Shown here piece after piece: positions 1 to 13,295 of a stretch of DNA of 64,000 bases (the first letter of the stretch is position 1; each line of letters begins with the position of its first letter). The stretch comes from Chrysomallon squamiferum (taxonomy: Eukaryota; Animalia; Mollusca), in the NCBI GenBank assembly GCA_012295275.1, contig CM022679.1, forward strand, positions 14,198,001 through 14,262,000, given 5' to 3'. The notes beneath the pieces are model-generated. The model was not told the DNA's origin. It worked only from the letters and a program-made list of their open reading frames with translations, and ran no database searches. The position numbers and the translations under genes were made by a program.

Positions 1-119
1 TATTTTTTATTCTTATATGTATGTTGTTTTCTTATAACACCACTGCTAATATAATCTTTAACATAATAATATTATCTTTTTAAAGAAACTATTATTCACA
101 TTTTAACTAAATATTACAG

Positions 120-169
<50 letters not shown>

Positions 170-170
170 A

Positions 171-201
<31 letters not shown>

Positions 202-588
202 GCACATTGTGATGAATTTCTTAAAGGTCTTTGAAACAGTTGTGTAATAGTATTGTTCATCAAAACTAAGAAGATATTGAAAAGAGGAAGTATTGGCTAG
301 GGATGATTCCACTGGTAAATGAAAGACATATTTATGCAGATTAATTCTACACACTCCACCTAGCAGCAAGACTGGAAAATTGGTCAATTAGGTTTTATAT
401 GGAAAAAAATGAAGAAAAAAGAAGTTGTAAAAGCTTGTTTTCAAAGGAATAAGCTTATAGATTTTTCTTTTCTTTCTTTTTAGGTTATATTTGTATATAG
501 GTGTTTGTATTTTATTTAGTTTATTTTTTGTTTATTTTCTTTTCATTGGTTTTTTGTAATTTTTAAAATATTTTACATTTATTTTAAC

Positions 589-632
<44 letters not shown>

Positions 633-790
633 TACATATATATACATACATACATACATACATATATATACATAATACATACATACATACATACATATAT
701 AGATACATGTATATATATAATTTTGCTTGAGTATGTATGTATGTATGTATATATATAAAATAAACACACACACACACACACACACACATA
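589..790. repeat. Compound microsatellite (TA)n/(TACA)n/(CA)n
   Basis: Direct reading. Confidence 0.95.
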
Positions 791-1689
791 TATGTAAAAA
801 AATGGAGAATAATCATAACTGAATTAGTGAAAATTATCAGCTACAAGGTGGAGGATGACAGTTATATTAATTGTAAGATGAATATCCTCAGAGTTTTAAT
901 TTAGACTTGGAATTCTGAAGACTGCTTAACAATAGTTAAGTTTGTTCTATTCTGTTTACTTTCAGTCTGGTTTCATTTCCTGAATTTTAATTTGTTATTC
1001 ATATCAAAATTTTTTTTGAGTTTTAAAATTTTAATATTTCAGTAAAAATGTACAGCTGTGAAATTTTTAGTTCTTTGAGTACTTCAGTCAAATACATGAC
1101 ATGAAATTTAAAAAAAATGAAAATCTTAAAGAAAAAGAAAATGCAAAACAAGAATGGAAAAAAAGAAGAAAAAAATGATAACAGAAGAAAAAGAAGAAAA
1201 GATAAATTATGAAAATGAAAGAAAAACAACATTAGTTGGGATTTTTCAGCAAATTAAATTTTCTTGAAACTGAAAAAAACTATGAAATTCGTTCACCCCA
1301 CCCCTGACTGAGGTATTCATATGACTGGCAATCCAGTTATTCACTTGTGAAGATTGGACTGGAATCGAGAGAGAATCATTTCCAAGACAGAATTATTCTG
1401 CCTCAAGTTGTTTTGTTATCTACAAACTGAGCAGTAATTGAATTTTTCAAGCAGAAAACTCTTTTTCAGACCACAGTTCCTAGTACTCTAACTTAATTTG
1501 CTTCCAATCAAACCTGTCAATTGAGAATCAGTGGGGACTGTTAATGATGAATTTCAAATCAAGATGAACAAGTTACTAATTTGTTTTTTGTTTTTAATTT
1601 TTAAAAAAAAGACCCCAAAAAACACATTCTTGCTTTAACTGGACTGCAAAAGTCAAGGAATTCTTGACTCCAGCATTCAGAATTCTCTG

Positions 1690-2110
1690 AAGTATTTAAA
1701 TTTCACAGTTTTGTATTTTTATTGAAGTAATTTTCATAATTGTTTCTAACTAAAGCATTCAAATTTTGCTTGAAATAGATTCTGTTTAAGTATTAAAATT
1801 TCAGTCTGGTACTGATACAAAGTATGTAAATTTCACAGTCTCGGATTATAAAAAGAAATATTTAATATTAAATTTAACAATTTTTCATTTTGAAAAAGTA
1901 TTTAAATTTTAGTTTTGGATTAAAATAAAGTATTGAAATTTCACAGCATTGTATTTTTATTAAACTTATTTAAATGTCCAGTTTAACCAAACATAAATAA
2001 AGAAAGAAAAAAAAAAAAAAAAAAAGAATGAAAGAATGAAAGAAAGAAGAAAGAAATATAAAAGGAAATTTTTGTTTTAACTGTACATAGTATTAAAATT
2101 TCATTTTAAT
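1690..2110. repeat. Degenerate ~33-bp tandem repeat
   Basis: Recurrent aagtatttaaatttcacagt.ttgtattt motif, about 9 times. Confidence 0.6.
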
Positions 2111-3307
2111 AAACAATAATTTTAACTGTATACATTTTCAATCTTTAATAAAACAACAACAACAACAATAACCCCACCAAACAAAAAAAAAACAGTACAA
2201 AAGAACAAAACACCTGCTTTTTAAACAACTCATTTTTGTCAATATAAAATTACTGAAGTCTTTAGCAAATACTGGCATTCAAACAACCCATTAACATCCA
2301 TTCTCCATGACTGAAATAAAACTCTATTTTCAGAACGATTCATTTATTAACCAACATTCCACTGTTTCAGATCAAACCTCTTTCAATTTACTGAAGGTTC
2401 TAATAAACAGTCATATATTAACTCAATTCAGTCTTATCTATTAAATTAACTGTTTTTATTATTTTTGGTTTGTTATTTGTCTTGGGACTTAAGTAATTGT
2501 CAAAACAACATGAGGAACATCCCACCGTCACCCCTAGTTTCCTCTGACTGATGTTAGAAGTTGTCAAACAGAGAGGAAATACAGAATGGAAACTGCTGTA
2601 CCATGTGGTATCAAGCAGGACAAAAAACAGAGGAAAAAGATCACCTAGATTTTACATGCCTGGCATTTTCTGAGATTTAGAATGGGGAAACAAGCTAAAT
2701 CAGACCTTAACACTTCAAACAAAAAAAACAAAAATCCCATTCTGGCTTTTGCTCTATTTTCTTAATTACATCATCCTAAGTAATGACTGGTTACTGTGGC
2801 TTAAAGCAAAATTAACTTGAAAAAGAAAAAAAAAGAAGAAAATAAAACAGAAAGAAAAGATAGATATTGAATCAAGATGGCAAAGTGAAGAAATAATGTG
2901 GAAAAATATCCAATTAAAAGAGATAAAGAAATATTTTTAAAAATTATTATCAGATTAACTATATAACAAACAATGCAAGGATAAGGTATGTTTATTGAAG
3001 ATTATCCTATTTACTTTGAGTTAACTTCAGCTAAACAGCTACCATTTTTAATTCCTTTCAGATTATTCACAAATTCTTGCACCATCAACAAAACTGTTTA
3101 TGTAGTTTATTTTAACTAAAACCTGGTTTTTACAGTCAACTTGTTTTAGGGATTAAAGAATCAGTTTATTTTGGAATTCAAGTTCTTTCCAGAAAAATGT
3201 TCTTTCCAGTCATGACTTTGAGGAGAAAATACCTGACAAGGTAATGCATTCCTAGTTGCTGTTTGTTGTCAGCATTCACCAGATGTTGGACGTCATGAAG
3301 TGTTATT

Positions 3308-3349
3308 TCTAGAAACTGTTAGCAACAGTGCAGTTAACAGTACCCAGTG

Positions 3350-3394
<45 letters not shown>

Positions 3395-3403
3395 AGACAT
3401 GCA

Positions 3404-3440
<37 letters not shown>

Positions 3441-3611
3441 TACATAGTATATTTCATTAGAATTAACACTACCCCTTAGTGAACACACACACACAGAGAG
3501 ACATGCAATATATATATATATACACATAGTATATTTCATTAGAATTAACACTACCCAGTACTTAGTGAACACACACACAAACACACACACACACACACAC
3601 ACAGAGACATG

Positions 3612-3653
<42 letters not shown>

Positions 3654-3870
3654 TATTTCATTAGAATTAACATTACCCAGTACTTAGTGAACACACACAC
3701 ACACACACACACGCAGTATATATATATTAATATATATTGTATATTTCATTACAGTTAACAGAAAAAATCATAATATATAATATTATATATACACACACAC
3801 ACGTTTTCTTTCTAGAAACTGTTAATAAGAGTGGAGTTAATAATAAACCATACTCAGAGAACACACACAT
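3308..3870. repeat. Compound tandem repeat with embedded variable (CA)n and (TA)n tracts
   Basis: Fixed blocks agagacatgcaa and tagtatatttcattagaattaacactacccagtacttagtgaa recur 3-4 times, separated by microsatellites of different length; ttctagaaactgtta occurs at both 3307 and 3810. Confidence 0.85.
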
Positions 3871-4095
3871 ATACACACATGCACAGACACACTAACAGAT
3901 ACACAGAACCACATTCTTGCTCACATAACATACACATTTATTAAAATAACACATACTCATATGACACATATGTACTTTTTTCGTTATTAAAACAATTTCT
4001 TTTAGTAATGGTAACTAACCAATAAAACCAATACATTTGATTTCTTCATTAAACACAGAAAAATATAACAACAACAACAACAACAACAACATCAA

Positions 4096-4177
4096 GAACA
4101 AAAACATATCCAGCACATATTCATTTAACTACAAATGAACAAAAACATATCCAGCACATATTCATTTAACTACAAAT
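4096..4177. repeat. Perfect 41-bp tandem duplication
   Basis: gaacaaaaacatatccagcacatattcatttaactacaaat occurs twice in tandem. Confidence 0.9.
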
Positions 4178-4559
4178 TAATACTGTCTTTATTTTAAATA
4201 TATAAGAAATCCATTTAAAAAAAAAAAAAAAAAAATAGAAATAGGATATTAATAATTATTATTTCACTAGTGATGGTTTTTTTGTTGGTTTTTTTGTTTG
4301 TTGATCACTAATTAAAATCTACACCACTGAGGTGACATTGTGTGTGTATTATCAGAACTAGTTTTGGCTGTTTTCAGGAACTGTCTCCTTGCCATAGTAA
4401 CACATAATTAAAATGCAGACAACACAATATGAGCTGAATGATAGGAAATGGAAATGGAGATTTTCAAGTCTCAGTGTATAAATAATGAAAGAGATTTCAT
4501 TCGAAGTAAAATTACAAATAGCTAATGAAAACAAAGCTTGTTACCACTCCAATTAATAA

Positions 4560-5445
4560 CACTGATGACATTTAGAACAGATCTCCTTCGGCCATAATAC
4601 ATCCTGAATTTTAACTATTATTCTTGAGAAGATATCTGGGATCTAGGATATAGTATTATTCTAACCTATCTGAAAATTTTGTCAGAAGATGGTAACAATA
4701 TGTAATTTAATACATACTATATATACATATATTTTATATTTTTACTTTGGCAACATTTAGATATCCTTAATGTTTGTAGGATACTACATGGTATCTTTGT
4801 TTTAACTAATTCTGCTCAGAAGTGGAAACACTTAGAACAGATATGTTTTTCTATTCAAATACATCCAGGATCTTTATCTTTTTTAGCTGGTTCTGGTAGG
4901 ATCTGGGAATATGTAGAATAGTTATATCGTTGTGTTCTAATATATCTAGGATACTTTAGCATCATTACCTATTTTAGGTGATTCTGCTAGGAGCTAAGGA
5001 CATTTAGAAGAGATATTGCTATGTCTTATTATATCCAGAATACTGTAATATCTTTACATGTTTTAGCTAATTTTTCTAGAAGTTGATGACATATCCTTGT
5101 GTTAGAATATATCTAGGATACTGTAATATCTTTACCTGTTTTAGCTAATTCTTCTAGAAGCTGATGACATATCCTTGTGTTCTAATATATCTAGGATATT
5201 ACAATATCTTTACCTGTTTTAGCTAATTCTTCTAGAAGCTGATGACATATCCTTGTGTTCTAATATATCTAGGATACTACAATATCTTTACCCGTTTTAG
5301 CTAGGATTCTTTAGTATCCTTGTGTTGTTATATATAGGATACTATAATATCTTTACCTGTTTTAGCTAGTTCATCTAGCAGCTGAGAATACATAGAACAG
5401 ATGTCCCTGTGTTCTAATATATCTAGGATACTTTAGTATCTTTAC
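4560..5445 (-). repeat. Degenerate tandem array (65-89-bp units, ~9-10 copies) derived from the 3' end and splice donor of RAP1GDS1 exon 3
   Basis: Recurrent atatctttacctgttttagctaattcttctagaagctga..ccttgtgttctaatatatctaggata. Donor-like junctions at 5357, 5292, 5214, 5136, 5058 and 4969; further decayed copies extend to ~4560. Confidence 0.85.
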
Positions 5446-5583
5446 CTGTTTTTGCTAATTCTGCTAGGAGCTGGGAACATTTAGAAGAGACATCTTTGTG
5501 TTCTGATTCTGTGAGAAGTTTGTGCACACTGTCCAGGATCCCAGAATTTACCACAGTCTGAGTAATATCCTCTCTCTCATCAT
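5446..5583 (-). CDS. RAP1GDS1: RAP1GDS1/SmgGDS (armadillo-repeat GEF/chaperone) coding exon 3
   Basis: Acceptor ttattttcAG ends at 5584; donor G|GTAAAG starts at 5445; 138 nt, phase 1-1. Encodes (D)DEREDITQTVVNSGILDSVHKLLTESEHKDVSSKCSQLLAELAKT, matching the recalled human SmgGDS segment ..SGILQLFASLL..KVANIIAEVAKNE. Joins exon 2 in frame. Confidence 0.88.
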
Positions 5584-5682
5584 CTGAAAATAACCCAGAC
5601 AGAAAATTAAATATAATTGTCATTCCTAGAATTAGTCTCTTTATTTATATGTAATAATCAGATTCAAATAATTTGAAAATTA

Positions 5683-5718
<36 letters not shown>

Positions 5719-7795
5719 TAATAAAATCAAAAATAAAAATAATAGTAAAAAAGATATTTTTCAATGAAACTCAAGTTTGATCAATGCTAATTAATTACTT
5801 TGTGAAGGAAATTCTGTATTAAAGATACTATTGTTATTAGTGTGCGGTGATATTTTAAAATCAAGAATTTAAAATTTTTAATTATATTATTTAATATTGT
5901 TTTGTCTTTTTATTTTATTTTATTTTTTTAAATTCACTGCTAATTCATTTTGTTTCTTGTGTAAATGTCAATAAATGCATTTTAAAAATAATTAAATTAA
6001 AAATATTTTTTTTTTTTTAAAGTGGGAATTTGAAGAAAAATTACATTACAACTTTATTGATTTTCTTTACTAAACAAAAAAAAACAACAACAACAAAATA
6101 TGCAAAAACAAATGTGTTTCTCAATTTTTTAAAAGACTGAGATAAAGAAAATTCATAAATCAATAAGATGGGAAAAGCAGTTTTACCAATGTTGACAACT
6201 ACCAAAAAAAAAAAAAAAAAAAAAAAAAAGTAACAATTATAAAAAATATATATACTTAAAGAAAGAAAGAAAATATATAATGGATAGAAAAGGTATACCC
6301 TTGCTTAAAACTGACTTTATTTAACCACTACAAATAATTGAATAATCATGGTCACAAATAAATCACATGGAGCAATGGCTGGAATGGAATAAACAAAAAT
6401 CCAAATAACTGGAACTCTGGGAAGGACTGATCTCATGACCAATCACACAGCAAATCAGAAATACGTCCCAGAATTCCTTGTTGTTTTGTAAGCAGTTCTG
6501 TTTTTTTCTAAAATCTTGTCTAAACTGATCAGAATGAATGGATAAACAGATTAATAAAAATAATAAAACCCAGTAAACTGATTAAGACATTCATGTCTGG
6601 ACCAGTCAGAATAATTACTGATGATCTGTGATCACTGCGGTTGTCAGTAAAATTGGGCTTCATTATACCAGTCAAAGTCACATCAAGTTAATGGAGCAAT
6701 TTCAGATCAGTAAAAATGTTTTTTTGATGAAAGGAAAATTACCAGGTCAGTCATAAACTTGTTTTTGAGTAAACTGAGAAGTTTGCCTGTGTTGGGCAGA
6801 ATTCTCTGGTGAAATGTAGGGTAATGGTTGAATTGTTCTTTGATAGGTTGAATGAATGAAGGAATATTTAATGACACTTCAGTGCAAAGATGTCCCAAAA
6901 GTCACCGTCTATTCTGAGAAGTAATAGAAAGTGTAAGTCGTGGAAGTGTAGGTATACTGATACAAAATTAGCAGAATCAGGGGGTTTTCGTCCTGGGTAA
7001 ATGTAATTTTCTGAAAAAGATTCAAAGGTGAATGAAGCTGAACTAGTTTATGAAGTGCAGAGTCAGAATATAGTTGATGTTTTGTATCTCACAGACAGAA
7101 TTTTTTACATTTAAATTGCTTTAAGAACATTTTGGAGATGTTTAAAATTTAATGATTTTGTTTCAGTATATACTTTCATGACTTACTTTTGTTTTTTCTA
7201 AAAATACCTATTATTTCTCAAAATATCTTTTAGGATACTCTATATTAGGAGTGGTACAGAAGTGAATCTATAAATATTAATAAATCTTTTTATCTTCTTC
7301 CTTAGCATTTTACACTCTTGAAACAAAATTCTGATATATGACAGGCAAAAATTCAACAGTTCATTGATGTGGTTCTTCTGAAATTATTTCAGTATAATTT
7401 AAAACTTTATCACACAATTTCATTCATCAAGGATTAAATGTCTTTACAGATCTGGTGATTTTATTCTTTGTCTTCCTCTTGTTTCATTTACCTAAAAAAT
7501 AATTTCATTAACAATGGCCAAACCATTCATCAGTTTAAGAAGAACTGTTTTGATGGATTAAACAAACAAAATAATGTTTAATTTGAGCATGTATAAATGT
7601 ACAAGCTGTAAATAGTAACAGAGAGGTACACCTAAGTGTGTGAAAGTTTATATGTGGAATCTGTCCACATATCCACAGTATTTTGCTTTCTTGTACACAA
7701 GTCTTTGGTGAAATGATAAGTACGTATTCTTAACAAGGAAACTTTTAAATAATTCTTTTATGGAATTAATCTTATGTAACATTTTGTTATCTTTG

Positions 7796-7838
<43 letters not shown>

Positions 7839-8738
7839 CTGAAAAAATTAACAATCAAATCAGCTTTTAGAAAATTTCAGATAAAATGTTGCAGTTGACT
7901 TATTTTTGATGAACAAAGTACATCTAATAAGTACAATGGGTCCAGTATGTTTTTCTACTTATAAAACCATTTCACTAATCAGACTAAAACATATTTAACT
8001 ATTCATGTTTTAGAGAGAGAGAGAAAAAAACAAAACAAAAATAAAATAACAAAACAAAACAAAATAATAATAATAATTAACAATATCACATCATATATTT
8101 TGAATAGATCAGATAAAATGTTCTAGCTAAAGTGTTATTAATAAACCAGTAAATAGAGAGTATAATAAATCCAGTATTTCTGGATCAGTTAACTGAAAAA
8201 ACACACAAACACACACACACACACACACACACACGTGTACTGATTTTATATATATATTTGTACTAATAACATCTTTGGACTAAACAAACAAATCTAACTA
8301 AACCTAATTTTAAATGCATTTTATTTAATTCTTTCTTGTTATCAGTCACTTTACTGAATGTAACAGACAATTACAGGCAGTACCAACAAAGGTGAAACAA
8401 ACTAGCACTAATTGCTGATACATGGTTACTAACAGGTATGCATATGGTAGATACATTAACACTAAATTCAGGAACATGGACCAGTACAGGATGTATGGTA
8501 AACACACTAACACCGATTTCACTGTGATTAGTGAAGAAAATACATCAACAAGTAGTATATAATCACTAGAAGATAAACACAAGATAAATATATTAATATT
8601 AAACATTTTTGATCCAGATCTATGCTGGATGAAATGATAATCTGTGTAATTAAAGTGAGAATATATCAGATCTACCCTCTCAGCTTTCAGCATACATTTT
8701 CTATTTTGTAATTGTTATTTTTTTCAATAATATATTCC

Positions 8739-8777
<39 letters not shown>

Positions 8778-9120
8778 ACTAAATTTTGTTTTAAAGTTAC
8801 TATTGATATTGTAAGGAGCTTCTTTATTGTTAAGTTATTAAAAAAAGAAAAAATGCATTCAGTATACAACAAATTTGTCTTCAACAGCATTTAACTTCTT
8901 GTAAAAACATTTTTCTTAGTAATTAATCACTTTATGTGCCTGTACAAATTTATTTTTTAATTAATTCAACCATTTATCTTTTCCCCTGATCTGTCTTCCA
9001 TTTTTCAATACATAAAAAAAAACAAAAAAACAATTAAAAAACCTTTTGGCACCTAACACTAATTTGACTGCATGTACATTTTACCATAAATTGCAGGAAC
9101 ATGACAACCAGACGTTAAAC

Positions 9121-11283
9121 AGAAGATAAATAGAATGTACTAATTACAGTTACACAGAAACTAGCAGATAAACACAAGATAAATAGAATGTACTAATTAC
9201 AGTAACACAGAAACTAGCAGATAAACACAAGATAAATAGAATGTACTAATTACAGTTACATAGAAACTAGCAGATAAACACAAGATAAATAGAAGTACTA
9301 ATTACAGTTACACAGAAACTAGCAGATAAACACAAGATAAATAGAATGTACTAATTACAGTAACACAGAAACAAGCAGATAAACACAAGATAAATAGAAT
9401 GTACTAATTACAGTTACACAGAAACTAGTAGATAAACACAAGATAAATAGAAGTACTAATTACAGTTACACAGAAACTAGTAGATAAACACAAGATAAAT
9501 AGAATGTACTAATTACAGTTACACAGAAACTAGTAAATACAAGATAAATAGAATGTACTAATTACAGTTACACAGAAACTAGCAGATAAACACAAGATAA
9601 ATAGAATGTACTAATTACAGTTACACAGAAACTAGCAGATAAACACAAGATAAATAGAATGTACTAATTACAGTAACACAGAAACTAGCAGATAAACACA
9701 AGATAAATAGAATGTACTAATTACAGTAACACAGAAACTAGTAAACACAAGATAAATAGAATGTACTAATTACAGTAACACAGAAACTAGTAAACACAAG
9801 ATAAATAGAATGTACTAATTACAGTTACACAGAAACTAGTAAACACAAGATAAATATAATGTACTAATTACAGTAACACAGAAACTAGCAGATAAACACA
9901 AGATAAATAGAATGTACTAATTACAGTTACACAGAAACTAGCAGATAAACACAAGATAAATAGAAGTACTAATTACAGTTACACAGAAACTAGCAGATAA
10001 ACACAAGATAAATAGAATGTACTAATAACAGTAACACAGAAACTAGCAGATAAACACAAGATAAATAGAATGTACTAATTACAGTTACACAGAAACTAGT
10101 AGATAAACACAAGATAAATAGAAGTACTAATTACAGTTACACAGAAACTAGTAGATAAACACAAGATAAATAGAAGTACTAATTACAGTTACACAGAAAC
10201 TAGTAGATAAACACAAGATAAATAGAAGTACTAATTACAGTAACACAGAAACTAGTAGATAAACACAAGATAAATAGAAGTACTAATTACAGTTACACAG
10301 AAACAAGTAGATAAACACAAGATAAATAGAATGTACTAATTACAGTTACACAGAAACTAGTAAACACAAGATAAATAGAATGTACTCATTACAGTTAAAG
10401 ATAAACACATGATAAATAGAAGTACTAATTACAGTTACACAGAAACTAGCAGATAAACACAAGATAAATAGAATGTACTAATTACAGTTACACAGAAACT
10501 AGTAGATAAACACAAGATAAATAGAATGTACTAATAACAGTTACATAGAAACTAGCAGATAAACACAAGATAAATAGAAGTACTAATTACAGTTACACAG
10601 AAACTAGCAGATAAACACAAGGTAAATAGAATGTACTAATTACAGTTACACAGAAACTAGCAGATAAACACAAGATAAACAGAATGTACTAATTACAGTT
10701 ACACAGAAACTAGCAGATAAACACAAGAAAAATAGAATGTACTAATTACAGTTACACAGAAACTAGCAGATAAACACAAGATAAATAGAATGTACTAATT
10801 AGTTACACAGAAACTAGCAGATAAACACAAGATAAATAGAATATACTAATTACAGTTATATAGATTTAACAGTTAAACACAAGATAAATAGAATGTACTA
10901 ATTACAGTTACATAGATTTAACAGTTAAACACAAGATAAATAGAATGTACTAATTAGTTACACAGAAACTAGCAGATAAACACAAGATAAATAGAATGTA
11001 CTAATTACAGTTACACAGAAACTAGTAGATAAACACAAGATAAATAGAATGTACTAATTACAGTTACACAGAAACTAGTAGATAAACACAAGATAAATAG
11101 AATGTACTAATTAGTTACACAGAAACTAGTAGATAAACACAAGGTAAATAGAATGTACTTATTACAGTTACACAGAAACTAGTAGATAAACACAAACAGT
11201 TACACAGAAACTAGTAAGTAAACACAAGATAATTAGAATGCACTAATTACAGATAAATGATTTAACAGTTAAACACAAGATAA
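9121..11283. repeat. 53-bp satellite/minisatellite, ~41 copies
   Basis: Unit gataaatagaatgtactaattacagttacacagaaactagcagataaacacaa repeated head-to-tail with high identity and small indel variants. Confidence 0.97.
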
Positions 11284-11326
11284 ACTGAAAAGGCTGAACA
11301 TTTCTGAGATGAATCTGATAAAATCT

Positions 11327-11620
11327 ACTCCAACACTGCCTATCTCAAGATCTTGAGATAAACCCAACAAATATATGTCAATCTTAAAATCCTCCAACAC
11401 TGCCTATCTCAAGTCATCTTGGAGTATTCTAGTATATAATTACTCATCCAGGCGTTCAGACTTAAAGAGAAAACTGCACATACCCACTTAAGATAAATAT
11501 CACCTGAACAGAAAATTACATACACCCATTTAGATAATGATAAGATGAACAGAAAATACACCCATACCCATCTAGATAACGTACACTGAAAATTACCGAT
11601 ACCCAGTTTTAAATTTTCAA
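11327..11620. repeat. Short direct repeat plus degenerate ~41-bp tandem next to the satellite
   Basis: ctccaacactgcctatctcaag occurs twice, followed by gaaaattacatacacccatttagataa-like units four times. Confidence 0.65.
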
Positions 11621-11979
11621 GATAAAAAAAAAAAAAAAACACGAATGTACTAATTGCTGGTGCACTGTGACTTTTGCACAGATGGGAAAGGATGTCTTGG
11701 CATGAGAGTTCATCAGATGGAGATTTTGTCTAACACTGCAACAGTTAAATCAATCATTATTGACATTCTGCAGATACACAGGACCTGAACGGAATACTCT
11801 CGAATGCAGTCAGGCCACAGGGGAGTGATTTGTAACGTCTCTTACTAGCATTCGACATCCAGTTTCTGTCCAGAAACATAAAAATAAACTCTGTGTCAAA
11901 TAAAATATTAAAAAATATTTGCAGTGTAATATTAAGTGTTTGTTTTGAACACACACATGCACACCCACTCCTAGTTAGA

Positions 11980-12300
11980 CAAACATGTTCGTGAATATAT
12001 TTATTTTGTTATTTTGTTCTTTTTATGTGAAAAATAAGGATAAATTCAATTATATAAATAATTTTTTTATTTTAAAATTTAAAATCTTTATTTATTGATT
12101 ATTATTATTATTATTATATTACATAAATGCAAATTAAAAACACAAACATGTTTATGAATATATTTATGCTGTTGTGTTGTTCTTTTTATCTGAAAAATAA
12201 GGATAAATTTAATTCTATAATTACAATTTTTTAATTTAAAATTTAAAATCTTTATTTATTGATTATTATTATTATTATATTACATAAATGCAAATTAAAA
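11980..12300. repeat. ~162-bp tandem duplication
   Basis: aaacatgtt..gaatatatttat..gaaaaataaggataaatt..aaatctttatttattgattatt..tacataaatgcaaattaaaa occurs twice. Confidence 0.85.
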
Positions 12301-12667
12301 TTCACTGTCAGACTAGTAAGGAAAAATAAATTCATAGTCACATCTCAAGTACATGGCTTTCTTCATTATCAAGTAACAGCTTATTTAATGTGGTTGTAAT
12401 AGTCTTGAGTATTTGCTCAAGACAGCTGTTAATACAGAAATGTAATTAAATAATATTGTAAGTTAAGAATAGAACATCCATGAGTTGATTGATTTACACA
12501 AAGAAAATTTATTATTAAATAATAAAAGTTAAGAAGTGCAGTCTTACACTGAAGATCTAAAATTGCAACAAAATGTATTTTAATTATACATATTTTGAAT
12601 AGAATAATAACAATAATAATAATAATAAATAACAACAACAACAGTAATAACAATAATAAAAATAATG

Positions 12668-12699
<32 letters not shown>

Positions 12700-13019
12700 C
12701 ATGATAAGAATAATAACAATATTAATAATATTAATAATAATAAGAAGAAGAAGAAGAAGAAGAAGCATTTAACCATTTGGTTAAAATATTTTACAGCTGT
12801 ATACTTGAATTCTGACAGAGAACTTAAGAGAATGTTTAGAGAAAAATTTCTCTTTAGATAGTTATCAGCCAACTTTCAACTATCAAAGAAAATAAAATAA
12901 TAATAATAATAATATTAACTATTTTATTAACCATACCATAAAAATATAACACCAGTTCTAACAAACTTTTGGAACAAATAACAATAAATAGCAATAAAAA
13001 CAAAAAATGTCTCCTTCAA

Positions 13020-13295
13020 CGAAGGAAAGAATAAATTAATATTTAAAAAATGTTCAGTCTTAACATCGAAAGTCATCTATATTCTGGTATTTTGATCCCT
13101 TAACAGAATATGACATCTTCCATTATTCTGCAGTAACATAAAGGATTTCTTATATGAATTTTCTGGGATAGAGCAGCACATACCATAAATAAATAAGCTG
13201 AAGTGAAAGAGAGTTAGCTACCAAAGATACAAGAGAGGATTGATCCTGCAATCCTTCATACCTCAAGCCAGTATTCTAACCCTTCAGCTACAGTA
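13020..13295 (-). mobile_element. Decayed tRNA-derived SINE (Meta/MESC-domain-like)
   Basis: Minus strand shows A-box-like tgtagctgaagggttagaa, B-box-like caggatcaatcc, then tatggtatgtgctgc..catataagaaatcct. Collinear with the copy at 53.6 kb. Confidence 0.6.

Noticed and set aside
103-1232. ORFs of 60-94 aa at the window start
   Set aside because: Translations of (CA)n, (TA)n and poly-A tracts. The same applies to most ORFs in the track (CVCV, YIYI, LSLS, HTHT, NNN).
3232-3308. Possible RAP1GDS1 exon 4 (minus strand, tttctAG..GTCAG|GT)
   Set aside because: The peptide EITLHDVQHLVNADNKQQLGMHYLV lacks the expected ..RALGNIC.. armadillo motif and ends in phase 2. True exon 4 probably lies left of the window.
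5090-5280. Hammerhead-ribozyme-like CTGATGA in tandem repeats
   Set aside because: CTGATGA is followed by a short possible stem but no GAAA core, and the repeats are explained as antisense copies of exon 3.
9121-11283. CRISPR-like periodicity
   Set aside because: Units are contiguous with no unique spacers, there are no cas genes, and the context is a eukaryotic intron; it is a satellite.
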